A model generated the notes under the pieces. That model saw nothing but the letters and a program-made list of their open reading frames with translations. It was not told the origin of the DNA and did not search any database. Position numbers and translations under genes: made by a program. A DNA stretch of 64,000 nt, taken from the IMG/VR virus record IMGVR_UViG_3300032226_000829, one strand, 5' to 3'. Positions 9,894-20,567 of the stretch are shown here, piece by piece (positions within the stretch are counted from its first letter, which is position 1; each line of letters starts with the position of its first letter). The DNA comes from a virus (Duplodnaviria > Caudoviricetes).

Positions 9894-12584
9894 ATGAACC
9901 TAAATGACACGTCTAAAGAGCTATTTGCCAAGATAAGGGGGCGATTTCCGTCGGTCTCTATAGGCAATCAAGCAGCAGAAGTGACCAATGATCCCAACGC
10001 AGCAAGATTTTTTGATTTTGATTTCAAAGCAGGTGATAAGGTTTTGGGCAAGGTCAGCATAAGTATTAGTGAGCAAGACGGATTAGTGGTGATACACAGT
10101 GCAGATTTGAGTCAAACAGAAGATTTGGTGGCTCGTGAAAATTGGTTTAGTTTTTTAAAAGAACTGAGACAGTTTGCCAAGTCAAGAATGATGACATTTG
10201 ACACCAGAGACATCACCAAAAGCAATTTGGAAAAAAGAGATTATAATTTTTTAAGTGCTATGACAAAACCAAAAGAAGTAACAGAAGCAGCATTGACTGG
10301 CACCAACAAAACCAGTTTTCAAAACATAGGTGACAGCAAACTGATCATCAAACATTCTGCAGCAGTGGATGCAGACATGGCTACTGGTCGTACTCACAGA
10401 ATTCATTCCATATACATTGAAAGTTCCGAAGGTGAAAGATTCAAGTATCCATTCAAACACATCAATGGTGCTAGAGCAATGGCACGTCACGTGAGCGAAA
10501 GTGGCAAACCATATGATGATTTTGGCAAACACATTGTGGGACTGAGCGAAGAACTTTATAAATTAAAAAAATTTAAAAACTATGTGAATAGATCAGCAGT
10601 GATGGCTGAAACATTAAAAGAATACTCTTCAGTAATCAATGATAGAATAGAAGAAATTAAAGAAACCATTCAAGGATTACAAAAAGAAAGTTTTTATAGA
10701 TTGACCAAAGAAAACTTTAAAACCAACGAAGCTTTAACAGTGCCAGAAGATGTGAAAGAAAACTGGATTGATGAATTAACAATTAAAACTTTCAACGATG
10801 AATTACAAGAAGTGTTTCCTTACATCTACAAATTGGTCACTCAAAAACCAATCAAAGAAATCACTGCTGAAGATTTTGAAACAGAAGCATCTGGTTATCA
10901 AGGCAGCACAGAAACAAGATATTTAAAGTATAATGTGTCTGGAGATTTTGACAGAAGTAGACCAGTGTCAGACAAAGACGCTTTCACCATACAAGATTTA
11001 TTGAAGAAGTCTGGTATTGAATCAGAGGTTACTCCTGACGAAGGCAATTATCAAGGCATAGTGATTTATACCAACGCTGCTCCACAAAGTGTGGAAAAAG
11101 TTTTGGGCAGCATGCTTGAAACCAACATCAATCCCATTGATCAGTTTGAAAAAATTTTAGATTCAATCATTGATGAAGGAGAAAACACATTGTTTTCATC
11201 TGATTCTGAAGAACAAAAACAAGCATTGGACAAATTAAATCAATTGATGAGCAAACATTTTCCCGCAGGTATAAATGGAGTGAATGGTTTGGAAAGTTTG
11301 GAAGGCATTATAGATGACGCCAATTTAAATGATCAGATCAGAGAGATTGGTAAAAAAGACAGTGATGCTTGTATCAGACCTTTGATATATGCTTACATAC
11401 AAAACAAAAAACCAGACATGCTAAAAAGAATCAGCACTGGCGACATGAAGATGTCCACCGAAGGCAATCAATTTGCTCAGGCAGTACGTAAAGCCAAAGC
11501 AGCAGGAATGAAACCAGGTGACAAATTCAAAGTGGGCGACAAAGAATTCACACTTAAAGATGCCATGGATATGGCAGGTATCAGCGACACATCATTGCAA
11601 GATGATGCTGACATGGATCCAAACCAATCACCTCAGGCTCAAGCCTATGCAGGCAAATCTTCTGCATCTCAAGAAAAAGAAGAAGTGCAAAAAATATTGA
11701 ACAAACATCCAAATGCTTACAAACAATTTAAGGCAGGAGATGATTTATACAATCACAAAGAATTGTATTCAGAATTGGCAAACTATTACCACGATAATGG
11801 AGATATGCCCTATGGTACATATACTGCTAAAGATGGCGATCCTATCAATTGGCTCACAACTAGATTGGCCGATATGGGATTGATAGAAACAACTCAGAAA
11901 GAAGCTGAAGCCAGCATAGATGATCAGTATAGATTTCGTGATTGGTTAAAGAAAACACACAATAAACAAGTGCATGAATTAAAACCTCAAGAATACGCAA
12001 TTATTTCAAAACAGTATAGAGACGAAATAGGAAAAAAAGAATCCTATCATCCTGGTGAAGGATCTGCAGAAGAATTGGCCAAAGAGATTTGGAACAACAC
12101 TCCAGCATTGCACGATGAATACAAAGACTGGCGTGAGTATATGAATTCAGAAGATTTTCAAATGGACTCAGACAAATTACGCAGTAAATTTGAAAGCACA
12201 GGCGGTGGTCCTACCATTAGACAAATGAGTGATCTTGAATTGGCCAATTTCCTGCACACCACTGTGGCAGAAGTTAAAAAAGACAGAGAAGCAGCAGAAG
12301 AAGCAGCTATGGAATTGAATCAAAAATATTCTGAAGATAATAAATCCAGCAAAGAAGATTTGCACAAAGCATCTGAAAAAATAGAAGAATTTGTAAAGAG
12401 TTTTTATGACTACACTACCAATAAATTTCCCAAAGGAGAAACAGCAGTGATCACAGCAGTGCAAAAACAATATGGAGATACTGCTGCCAAAACTGCTATC
12501 GAAACCATCAAAACATTGCAGAGCGGTCAGGACAAAGAAATTGAACGCATCAAACAGCTGGCAGGCTATTCCACCAAAAAATAA
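9894..12584 (+). CDS. Large modular hypothetical protein (probable virion/internal protein)
   Basis: 896-aa ORF; TAAATA 5 nt upstream; charged, modular C-terminal half. Confidence 0.7.
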   Translation: MNLNDTSKELFAKIRGRFPSVSIGNQAAEVTNDPNAARFFDFDFKAGDKVLGKVSISISEQDGLVVIHSADLSQTEDLVARENWFSFLKELRQFAKSRMMTFDTRDITKSNLEKRDYNFLSAMTKPKEVTEAALTGTNKTSFQNIGDSKLIIKHSAAVDADMATGRTHRIHSIYIESSEGERFKYPFKHINGARAMARHVSESGKPYDDFGKHIVGLSEELYKLKKFKNYVNRSAVMAETLKEYSSVINDRIEEIKETIQGLQKESFYRLTKENFKTNEALTVPEDVKENWIDELTIKTFNDELQEVFPYIYKLVTQKPIKEITAEDFETEASGYQGSTETRYLKYNVSGDFDRSRPVSDKDAFTIQDLLKKSGIESEVTPDEGNYQGIVIYTNAAPQSVEKVLGSMLETNINPIDQFEKILDSIIDEGENTLFSSDSEEQKQALDKLNQLMSKHFPAGINGVNGLESLEGIIDDANLNDQIREIGKKDSDACIRPLIYAYIQNKKPDMLKRISTGDMKMSTEGNQFAQAVRKAKAAGMKPGDKFKVGDKEFTLKDAMDMAGISDTSLQDDADMDPNQSPQAQAYAGKSSASQEKEEVQKILNKHPNAYKQFKAGDDLYNHKELYSELANYYHDNGDMPYGTYTAKDGDPINWLTTRLADMGLIETTQKEAEASIDDQYRFRDWLKKTHNKQVHELKPQEYAIISKQYRDEIGKKESYHPGEGSAEELAKEIWNNTPALHDEYKDWREYMNSEDFQMDSDKLRSKFESTGGGPTIRQMSDLELANFLHTTVAEVKKDREAAEEAAMELNQKYSEDNKSSKEDLHKASEKIEEFVKSFYDYTTNKFPKGETAVITAVQKQYGDTAAKTAIETIKTLQSGQDKEIERIKQLAGYSTKK

Positions 12585-12603
12585 TATTTCATTAACTACG
12601 CAC

Positions 12604-12632
12604 TTGACTAAATACACATATTAATATAGTAT
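12604..12632 (+). promoter_or_regulatory. Sigma70-type promoter of ssb
   Basis: TTGACT-N17-TAGTAT, with an overlapping TAAATA at 12609-12614. Confidence 0.6.
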
Positions 12633-12698
12633 GTAGAAATATGTGCTGTATTATAGTGAGGCACAAATACAAACAGGCAAACAATAAGGAGGCTTATA

Positions 12699-13664
12699 AT
12701 GGCTACACTAGCAGAAATCCGCAATAAACTGAAAGAACAAGAAGTTCGTTCAGGCGGTAACACAAAAACAAGCGGCGGCGACAACGCAATCTATCCATTC
12801 TGGAATCTAAAAGAAGGTGAACAATCAACTGTTCGATTCTTGCCAGATGGCGACTCAAACAACACTTTCTTTTGGAGAGAACGTTTGATGATCAAACTTC
12901 CATTCAATGGTATCAAAGGAGAAACTGATTCAAAACCAGTTCAAGTACAAGTGCCATGTATGGAAATGTATGGAGAATCTTGTGCCATACTATCTGAAGT
13001 TAGAGGATGGTTTAAAGATCCTAACTTGGAAGACATGGGCAGAAAATATTGGAAAAAAAGATCATACATTTTCCAAGGTTTTGTCAAAGAAGATCCTCTG
13101 AATGAAGAAAACAAATCAGCAAATCCAATTAGAAGATTTATTATTGGACCACAAATATTCCAAATAATAAAAGGAGCTCTAATGGATCCTGAAATGGAAG
13201 ATCTTCCTACAGACAAAATCAACGGAGTTGATTTTAAAATTGTCAAAACCAGCAAAGGTGGATACGCAGACTATTCAACTTCTGCTTGGTCAAGAAAAAC
13301 CAGACCATTAACCGAAGATGAAAACAAAGCAGTGGAAACACACGGCTTGTTCAACATGAGCGATTACTTGCCTAAAAAACCAACTGAAGTTGAGTTGAAA
13401 GTAATGAAAGAAATGTTTGAAGCATCTGTGGATGGTGAAGCATATGATATGGAAAGATTTGGACAATACTTCCGTCCAGCTGGCATGTCATCAAAAACTG
13501 GAGACCCGGTGATTAACACCAATGTTAAAGCCGAAACACCAAAGCCAATAGAAGTATCAACAGCAAAAGTTGAAGTTAAAACTGAAACTGCTGCTCTAAA
13601 AACTGAGAGCAAAAACAAAGCTGAAGATATTTTGGCAATGATTAGGTCTAGACAAAAACAATAA
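12699..13664 (+). CDS. Single-stranded DNA-binding protein (T4 gp32-like)
   Basis: VRFLPDG, LGRKYWKKRSY-like MGRKYWKKRSY, GPQIFQII, GVDFKIVK..GGYADYSTS; AAGGAGG RBS. Confidence 0.93.
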   Translation: MATLAEIRNKLKEQEVRSGGNTKTSGGDNAIYPFWNLKEGEQSTVRFLPDGDSNNTFFWRERLMIKLPFNGIKGETDSKPVQVQVPCMEMYGESCAILSEVRGWFKDPNLEDMGRKYWKKRSYIFQGFVKEDPLNEENKSANPIRRFIIGPQIFQIIKGALMDPEMEDLPTDKINGVDFKIVKTSKGGYADYSTSAWSRKTRPLTEDENKAVETHGLFNMSDYLPKKPTEVELKVMKEMFEASVDGEAYDMERFGQYFRPAGMSSKTGDPVINTNVKAETPKPIEVSTAKVEVKTETAALKTESKNKAEDILAMIRSRQKQ

Positions 13665-13676
13665 AGAGTATATATT

Positions 13677-13706
13677 GTAGTGGAGAGTTTGAATATTCTC
13701 CACTAC
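13677..13706. other. Intergenic hairpin between ssb and uvsX
   Basis: GTAGTGGAGA...TCTCCACTAC 10-bp perfect inverted repeat, no U tract. Confidence 0.7.
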
Positions 13707-13728
13707 GAATTAACAAAAGGAAAAATTT

Positions 13729-14811
13729 ATGGCTACTAAGGCTTTTGACATATCGAAATTTAGAAAAACATTAACCAAATCCATTGATGGATTGGGACTG
13801 GGATTCAATGATCCCACAGATTGGATCTCCACAGGCAACTACGCATTGAACTATTTGATGTCAGGTGATTTTGAAAAAGGAATTCCCTTGGGTAAAGTAA
13901 CAGTGTTTGCTGGTGAATCAGGATCAGGCAAATCATACATTGCTTCAGGCAACTTGGTGAGACACGCACAGAAGCAAGGCATATTTGTGGTGTTGGTGGA
14001 CACAGAAAACGCACTGGATCAAAATTGGTTGCAGGCATTGGGTGTGGATTGTGACGAGAAAAAACTATTGAAATTGAATCTTAGCATGATTGATGATGTG
14101 GCCAAAACCATATCAACTTTTATGAAAGAATACAAAACAGAACATGGAGACAACAAAGACACTGCTCCTAAAATATTATTCATCATAGACAGTTTGGGCA
14201 TGCTGATGACTCCCACTGATGTGAATCAGTTTGAAGCAGGAGACATGAAAGGTGACATGGGTCGTAAACCCAAAGCACTCACAGCACTGGTTCGTAATTG
14301 TGTGAACATGTTTGGCAGTTGGAATGTGGGATTGGTAGCAACCAATCACACGTATGCTTCACAAGATATGTTTGATCCAGATGATAAAATATCAGGTGGT
14401 CAAGGATTTGTGTATGCCAGTTCAGTGGTGGTAGCAATGAAAAAATTAAAATTAAAAGAAGACGAAGATGGCAACAAAGTAACAGATGTAAGAGGTATTA
14501 GAGCTGCTTGTAAGATAATGAAAACAAGATTTGCCAAACCTTTTGAAACTGTACAAGTTAAAATACCTTATGAAACAGGCATGGATCCCTACAGTGGATT
14601 GGTGGAACTGTTTGAAAAAGAAGGCATACTGACAGCATCTGGTAATCGACTTAAATATGTGGATCTTAAAGGTACAGAACACTTGGAGTATAGAAAAGGT
14701 TGGACAGGTGAAAAATTGGATATGGTTATGACGGAATATCACAAGATCAAACCTAAATCTGTTACAGAAATAGAAACAGAAGCAGCAGCAGTGAAAGAAG
14801 AGAAAAAATAA
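13729..14811 (+). CDS. uvsX: RecA-like recombinase UvsX
   Basis: ISTGNYALN, Walker A GESGSGKS, IIDSLG, TNHTY, SGGQG, KTRFAKPF. Confidence 0.95.
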   Translation: MATKAFDISKFRKTLTKSIDGLGLGFNDPTDWISTGNYALNYLMSGDFEKGIPLGKVTVFAGESGSGKSYIASGNLVRHAQKQGIFVVLVDTENALDQNWLQALGVDCDEKKLLKLNLSMIDDVAKTISTFMKEYKTEHGDNKDTAPKILFIIDSLGMLMTPTDVNQFEAGDMKGDMGRKPKALTALVRNCVNMFGSWNVGLVATNHTYASQDMFDPDDKISGGQGFVYASSVVVAMKKLKLKEDEDGNKVTDVRGIRAACKIMKTRFAKPFETVQVKIPYETGMDPYSGLVELFEKEGILTASGNRLKYVDLKGTEHLEYRKGWTGEKLDMVMTEYHKIKPKSVTEIETEAAAVKEEKK

Positions 14812-15023
14812 TGCGAGAAGCTGATCAATTAATAGAAACTTGGCAATTTTTTAAAGAATATATCGATAAGAAACAAATCGATATAGTGGCTGAGAAGTAT
14901 GTGGAAATGTGCGCCGACTATGGCGCTGATGATGAGGTTTTCAAAGAATCCATGGGCAATGACCAAGACTTGGACAAGGCCATCATGTACTATCTGGACA
15001 TTGAGGAAGACGAGGACAACTAA
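14811..15023 (+). CDS. Small acidic hypothetical protein
   Basis: 70-aa ORF coupled by TAATG overlaps to uvsX and uvsY. Confidence 0.7.
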   Translation: MREADQLIETWQFFKEYIDKKQIDIVAEKYVEMCADYGADDEVFKESMGNDQDLDKAIMYYLDIEEDEDN

Positions 15024-15481
15024 TGTCTGGATGGTATCAAAAGATATCCAAAGACATCAGTACTATTCCTGAGGCTTTGGAACATTTCGAAAATCAATTG
15101 CAAGAAGCCAAACTGGAAATCAAAATCAGAGGTAATGTGGAAAAACAAGCAGCAGACATGCCTGGCATTGTGGAACACAGATTCAATCAATTACAAGAAT
15201 TAGAAGCAGTATTAGAATATCTCAACATTGAATTGCGTAGACTACGCAGTTCTTATTTTAAAAAATATTTCGAAAGCTACAACAGAGCACTCACCAGCAG
15301 AGAAGTGGAGAAGTATGTGGATGGTGAAGCAGATGTGGTGGACTATGAAAAGATCATCAATGATTTTGCACTGATGCGCAACAAATGGTTGGGTATTTGC
15401 AAAGGACTAGACCAAAAGCAATGGCAGATGACCAACATAGTCAAATTGCGTGTGGCTGGTATGGAAGACGCCAGCATCTAG
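15023..15481 (+). CDS. uvsY: Recombination mediator UvsY-like
   Basis: YNRALTSREVEKYVDGEADV...KGLDQKQWQMTNIVKLRVAGMED. Confidence 0.85.
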   Translation: MSGWYQKISKDISTIPEALEHFENQLQEAKLEIKIRGNVEKQAADMPGIVEHRFNQLQELEAVLEYLNIELRRLRSSYFKKYFESYNRALTSREVEKYVDGEADVVDYEKIINDFALMRNKWLGICKGLDQKQWQMTNIVKLRVAGMEDASI

Positions 15482-15540
15482 TCGCCAGATCCACTTTTAA
15501 TCCATCAATTTCTATTTAAATACCATACAGAAACATCATC

Positions 15541-16689
15541 ATGAAACTACTGATCAACAACAAAGAATTGGCACACTTTCTCAACAGTATCATCAATCAC
15601 TTTCAAGTGGCCAAAGATAAAGTGACATATGAACACAGCGAAAGTTGGACACATATCAGACAGATTAAAACAAGTATTAGACAGCACAGACGCTGGCTGA
15701 GAAAAATGCGCAATTCGGGAGAAGCAGAACAGGTGCTGGAAGCCAACAATGCCAGATGGAGCTGGGGCAAATGGCCTGGCAAATTGGAGAAAATTTTATA
15801 TCGAGAGTTGACTGATTATGTGGGAAAAATATGGCAACTGATGGATCAAAATAAAGAAAAATATTTTCAAGTCATACATAAGAACATGGATCAGGTGTTG
15901 GAGGCATTGGGCACTGAGCGTGTGCTGAGCATGTACAAAAAAAGTAAGATGCAGCATTTTGTTAAGAGCACAGGGCTGACCATACACAAAAATGCTGAGT
16001 TGGTGCGTAGACAGGACTTCACTGATTATCAACAGGATTGTTTAATTAGAAATACCACAGGCAACGAACAATTACTGGTGCAAAAAATTGACAATCGTTA
16101 TCCTATGTGGTTCATAGACAGTGGGTACACCAACTTCTTAGAACCCAATAAAAAATGGCACAGATTGGTGCGCAATCACATACATCATGATCGGATGTTT
16201 GAAGCTCCTGTGGATAGATTATCCAACTTCACCAGTTTTCCCCAACCATGGAGACAGTCAGGAGAAAAAATACTGATCATAGAACCAGGACCATTTGCTG
16301 CCAGCATATTTCATGTGGATCTTAAAACTTGGAAATATGACGTGGAACGTGAACTGAAGAAACACACAGATAAAAAAATTGTGTTTAGAGAAAAAGCTGA
16401 AAAAAAAGTTCGCACCAGTCTTGTGGAAGAACTCCGCAATGAAGATTATTATTGTGTGGTAAATATTAATTCCAATGCTGCCACAGAAGCCATATGGTGT
16501 GGCATACCAGTGATCACCTTGGACAAACACATCACCAATCCCGTGAGCAGCAACCAGCTGTCAGACATAGAAAATTTACAGAGACCACATCTAGCACGTT
16601 GGCTGTGTGCTTTGAGTTACAGTCAATTTACCCGAGAGGAATTATACGATGGCACAGCTATTAACATTGTAAAAAAATATCATGTCTAA
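15541..16689 (+). CDS. Capsule-synthesis (KpsS/KpsC-like) GT-B glycosyltransferase, paralog 1
   Basis: KILIIEPG, VVNINSNAATEAIWCGIPVI, RWLCALSYSQF..EEL..G. Confidence 0.6.
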   Translation: MKLLINNKELAHFLNSIINHFQVAKDKVTYEHSESWTHIRQIKTSIRQHRRWLRKMRNSGEAEQVLEANNARWSWGKWPGKLEKILYRELTDYVGKIWQLMDQNKEKYFQVIHKNMDQVLEALGTERVLSMYKKSKMQHFVKSTGLTIHKNAELVRRQDFTDYQQDCLIRNTTGNEQLLVQKIDNRYPMWFIDSGYTNFLEPNKKWHRLVRNHIHHDRMFEAPVDRLSNFTSFPQPWRQSGEKILIIEPGPFAASIFHVDLKTWKYDVERELKKHTDKKIVFREKAEKKVRTSLVEELRNEDYYCVVNINSNAATEAIWCGIPVITLDKHITNPVSSNQLSDIENLQRPHLARWLCALSYSQFTREELYDGTAINIVKKYHV

Positions 16690-17605
16690 ACTGACCACAG
16701 TATCATACCTTGACATATTACCTCCACACAATAAAAGTGAAGAAAAATCCAACATATTGAAATTTTTTCATCAAGGAGTAAATGCAGCAGGAGACACAGG
16801 CATGCTGCACAAAGGATTCAATTGCGTTCCTTGTGATGTGGCTTGTATCATGGGGTATGTACACAAAGATGGCAAACATTTGCCTCATTTGGATTTAAGA
16901 CAAAAAATATTAGATTATCAAAAACAGTCTGGCAAAAAAACTCTCATAGCAGACAGCAATTTATTTTTGTACATGGATAAAAATAATCCCCAACACTACT
17001 TGCGATACAGTTTTGACGGAGTATTTCCCACCACAGGATTTTATTTTGATAAAGATGTGGATCCTAACAGATGGATTAAAATCAGCAGGAACATGAACAT
17101 CACACTTAAACCTTATAGAACACAGGGCAATCATATACTAATCTGTTTGCAACGCAATGGTGGATGGAGTATGGCAGGCTTGAGTGTGATCGATTGGTTG
17201 GATGATGTCGTGAGAAAAATACAACAGATTTCCAGTAGACCTATTGTGGTAAGACCGCATCCAGGCGATAAAAAAATTATGCGTATTTTGAAATTGAAAT
17301 ACAAAAATGTTTCACTGAGTAATAAACCAAGTCTATTGGATGATCTCAAAAACGCTTGGGCCACTGTGGTGCACAATAGTTCACCCAGCGTGGCCAGTAT
17401 CATAGAAGGTGTGCCTGCATTTATCACAGACTCTGAACCCAAACACAGTCAAAGTTATTCAGTGGCCAATACTGATTTAAATCAAATAGAAAATCCTGTG
17501 TTACATGAAAGGCAGTTTTGGATTGAAAAACTAGCCATGTGCCATTGGAACTTTACAGAAATGCAATCTGGCGAAGCTTGGAGTTTTTTTAGGAAATATG
17601 TATGA
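16682..17605 (+). CDS. Capsule-synthesis (KpsS/KpsC-like) glycosyltransferase, paralog 2
   Basis: HILICLQ, IVVRPHPGD, VVHNSSPSVASIIEGVPAF. Confidence 0.6.
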   Translation: MSKLTTVSYLDILPPHNKSEEKSNILKFFHQGVNAAGDTGMLHKGFNCVPCDVACIMGYVHKDGKHLPHLDLRQKILDYQKQSGKKTLIADSNLFLYMDKNNPQHYLRYSFDGVFPTTGFYFDKDVDPNRWIKISRNMNITLKPYRTQGNHILICLQRNGGWSMAGLSVIDWLDDVVRKIQQISSRPIVVRPHPGDKKIMRILKLKYKNVSLSNKPSLLDDLKNAWATVVHNSSPSVASIIEGVPAFITDSEPKHSQSYSVANTDLNQIENPVLHERQFWIEKLAMCHWNFTEMQSGEAWSFFRKYV

Positions 17606-18327
17606 TTATAAAAACAATTACAAGTTTTAATCAAACTTATTATGATAACATCGGAAAAGATTGTGTAGATTCTTGGTTGAAATATTGGCCTGAAGAGTAT
17701 AGTCTTACTTGCTATGTGGAAGGATTTTCTATGCCCAACCACAAGAGAATTAAACAAATACCATTTGATAATTTACCTAAAGAATATTTTAAATTTCAAA
17801 ATTCTAATCATAATAATGACAGAGAAAAAACATTTGCCAAAAAGGCTTATTCCATTATACATGCTTTTGAAAATCTAAATGCTGACCGTATTATTTGGAT
17901 TGACGCTGACACAATTACCATTCAACCCATAGACATAAGTTTATTATTAACATGTTGTCCTGATGATACACTGGCAACTTTTATGGGAGTTTGGCATCAT
18001 AAAGACAAGAACGATCCCAACAGTGAATTAAAATTTAGTGTGGAATCGGGATTTTTTATAGTCAACAAATCACATGAACAATTTTCTAAATTTTCTCTAA
18101 GATATAGAGAATATTATGATAAAAAAATATCACAAAATTTAAGAAGATTTTACGATGGAGAAGTTTTAGGCGCAGTAATTAAAGAATTTGAAGAAACAAC
18201 TAAATTGAACGACTTATGTTGTCTATTAGATAAGAAATACAAATCACCTTTGCCTCATACTCCTATTGGTAAATACATCAAACATTATAAGTCAAAAAAA
18301 TCAAAAAACGGATACTTAGGAAAATAA
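17602..18327 (+). CDS. GT-A-type glycosyltransferase (DxD)
   Basis: ITSFNQTYYD, FAKKAYSI, IIWIDADT; paralog of 22912. Confidence 0.65.
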   Translation: MIIKTITSFNQTYYDNIGKDCVDSWLKYWPEEYSLTCYVEGFSMPNHKRIKQIPFDNLPKEYFKFQNSNHNNDREKTFAKKAYSIIHAFENLNADRIIWIDADTITIQPIDISLLLTCCPDDTLATFMGVWHHKDKNDPNSELKFSVESGFFIVNKSHEQFSKFSLRYREYYDKKISQNLRRFYDGEVLGAVIKEFEETTKLNDLCCLLDKKYKSPLPHTPIGKYIKHYKSKKSKNGYLGK

Positions 18328-18328
18328 T

Positions 18329-19018
18329 ATGTACTTCAAAAACAACTGGTGGTATGTTGATGAACAGCATAGCAAAGATCGTATTTTAAATGAAAACTAT
18401 GTTTATGGAGATACAGTAATAAATTTAGGAATGACTGAAATAATAGAATCATGGTACGAAAAAAATCTAAAGAAAAAAAATCATGTTATTGATGTTGGAG
18501 CAAATATTGGTTTAATGACAGCTTATTTTTCAACTCGTTGGAGTAAGGTCACTGCATTTGAACCTAGTCCTAAATCTTTTTCATGTTTAGAAAAAAACTG
18601 CAATAAAGAGAATGTTAATCTATATAATCTAGGACTTAGTGATAAAGAAGATAAAGTTCTATTTGCACAATGTTCAAATTCCGAAATAGACCAAATAATA
18701 TCAACTAATGCTGTATTAAAAAAAAACTGGAAACCCACGGAAATTCCTGTGACTTATTTAGACAAATTTAATTTTGATTCTGTAGATTTACTAAAGATAG
18801 ATGTTGAAGGTCACGAACTTCAAGTTGTAAAAGGAGCTGAACAAACAATTAAAAACTGTAAACCTTTAATTATTTTAGAAATAAGTTTTGAAAATAAAAT
18901 TTTAGATAAACAAATTAGTAAAGGACACGCTGCTGCTTTAGATTTGGCTTTAACATATGGATATAAAAAAATATGGTATTCAAAACATGATTACATACTG
19001 GAACCAATAAATGACTAA
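18329..19018 (+). CDS. FkbM-family SAM methyltransferase
   Basis: VIDVGANIG, AFEPS, LLKIDVEGHELQVVKGA..TI..CKPLI. Confidence 0.85.
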   Translation: MYFKNNWWYVDEQHSKDRILNENYVYGDTVINLGMTEIIESWYEKNLKKKNHVIDVGANIGLMTAYFSTRWSKVTAFEPSPKSFSCLEKNCNKENVNLYNLGLSDKEDKVLFAQCSNSEIDQIISTNAVLKKNWKPTEIPVTYLDKFNFDSVDLLKIDVEGHELQVVKGAEQTIKNCKPLIILEISFENKILDKQISKGHAAALDLALTYGYKKIWYSKHDYILEPIND

Positions 19019-19868
19019 AATTATTGATGCATTTACTTTTTTAAATGAAATAGATCTAGTAAAAGCTAGATTAGAATATTATAATGATATTGTAACAGAT
19101 TTTGTAATAATTGAAAGTAATCAAACTTGGCGTCATCAAAAAAATCAACCTTTTTTTTCTAAGATATTAGATTCTTTACCTAATGAAATAAAAAATAAAG
19201 TTCATTATGCTGTATGCACCTGGCCGGATATTTGGCTGGAAGATGCTCAAGGCGTTCAAGAAAAATGGGTTGAAAATGGCACTAGAGAGCAAGCTCTTAT
19301 CGAAATAAAAAAATTTGCTAGTGTAGATGATTGGGTAATTATGAATGATTTAGATGAATTTTGGGATAAAAAAAAATTTAAATTAGCTACTGAAGAATAT
19401 AATCAACATGGCCAAGTGGTGTGGGTTCATTCAAATAGACAATGTTTTGTTGATTGGTATACTCCAGCTATGCCTGAATGGCCAGGATCTAAAATGGCTA
19501 AATTGAAAGATATTAATACTATGGCCGATTTTTATTGTAGTAAAAATAAAGCATTAAGAGTAAAAACCCCTGGACAAAAAACAAAGTTTTATCCTGTGCA
19601 TGGTGGATGGCATTTTACAAAAATGGGAGATTTGGTAACCAAAGCCAAATCCATTGGCAGTATCAGAGAATGGAGAACTTGGGGCACCAAGATAGGAAAG
19701 ACCCCGGAAGAAGTGGCGCATGCGATTTTCAACGGTCAAGGATGGAACACAGTAGTAAAAAAAGGAAAACAAAAAACAGCTTATTGTGGAGAAAATGGTA
19801 TATCAGCAGAACTTTCTAAAATTTTAAAAAAAACAGAAATATTCTGGAGTAACGGTTTAAAACCTTAG
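19011..19868 (+). CDS. GT17-like glycosyltransferase
   Basis: IIDAFTFLNEIDLVKARL, FVIIESNQT, DLDE, GGWHFT. Confidence 0.75.
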   Translation: MTKIIDAFTFLNEIDLVKARLEYYNDIVTDFVIIESNQTWRHQKNQPFFSKILDSLPNEIKNKVHYAVCTWPDIWLEDAQGVQEKWVENGTREQALIEIKKFASVDDWVIMNDLDEFWDKKKFKLATEEYNQHGQVVWVHSNRQCFVDWYTPAMPEWPGSKMAKLKDINTMADFYCSKNKALRVKTPGQKTKFYPVHGGWHFTKMGDLVTKAKSIGSIREWRTWGTKIGKTPEEVAHAIFNGQGWNTVVKKGKQKTAYCGENGISAELSKILKKTEIFWSNGLKP

Positions 19869-19883
19869 ATACTTAATAACTTT

Positions 19884-20567
19884 ATGATAAAAAAATTTAA
19901 ACTACCAACAAATAAAATAATTAATCCAGAACACGACTATTTTACAGGCAAAGCTAGTACTCGATGGAAAAATAAAGGTAGACTTGTAGCAATAGAAGCA
20001 TGTAATCAAAAATATTCAGTGATTGATATCGGAGCACACGTGGGAATCACTACCACACACTGGTTAGAAAATGAATTCCAACATGTGTATGCTTTTGAAA
20101 TTAATCCTTCACATTTTGATTGTTTAGTTGAAAATACTATTGATTATAAATCTAAAATAACTTATTTTAATTATGGTTGTGGTAATGAAAATAAAAAAGT
20201 ATTTGCAGCATACGGAAGTCATAAGAATTCAGGAAGTTTTCAAATAATTGATGATTCAAACATAAAAAATATTTCTAAAGATTGTATTTTTCAAGTTGAA
20301 ATAAAGCAATTAGATCAACATAAATTTGACAAAGTATCATTGATAAAAATTGACGTGGAAGGTTGGGAATTAGAAGTATTGCAAGGGGCAATTAATACTA
20401 TTAAAGAACATCGCCCAGTGTTAATGATCGAGTATGGACATGGGGTAGAACGTAAATCATTGCATAGGTACGATGATAAAATTTTTCAAACTATTATTAA
20501 TGATTTAAAATACAAAGAATGTGATACAATGCAAGGAGACTCTATATTCCTTCCAATAGTTCCTTAA
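19884..20567 (+). CDS. FkbM-family SAM methyltransferase
   Basis: VIDIGAHVG, AFEIN, LIKIDVEGWELEVLQGA..TI..HRPVL. Confidence 0.85.
   Translation: MIKKFKLPTNKIINPEHDYFTGKASTRWKNKGRLVAIEACNQKYSVIDIGAHVGITTTHWLENEFQHVYAFEINPSHFDCLVENTIDYKSKITYFNYGCGNENKKVFAAYGSHKNSGSFQIIDDSNIKNISKDCIFQVEIKQLDQHKFDKVSLIKIDVEGWELEVLQGAINTIKEHRPVLMIEYGHGVERKSLHRYDDKIFQTIINDLKYKECDTMQGDSIFLPIVP

Noticed and set aside
8284-14811. Introns/inteins in terL or uvsX, and an alternative genetic code
   Set aside because: Genes are contiguous, of expected length and read through in the standard code; no splice motifs are seen.
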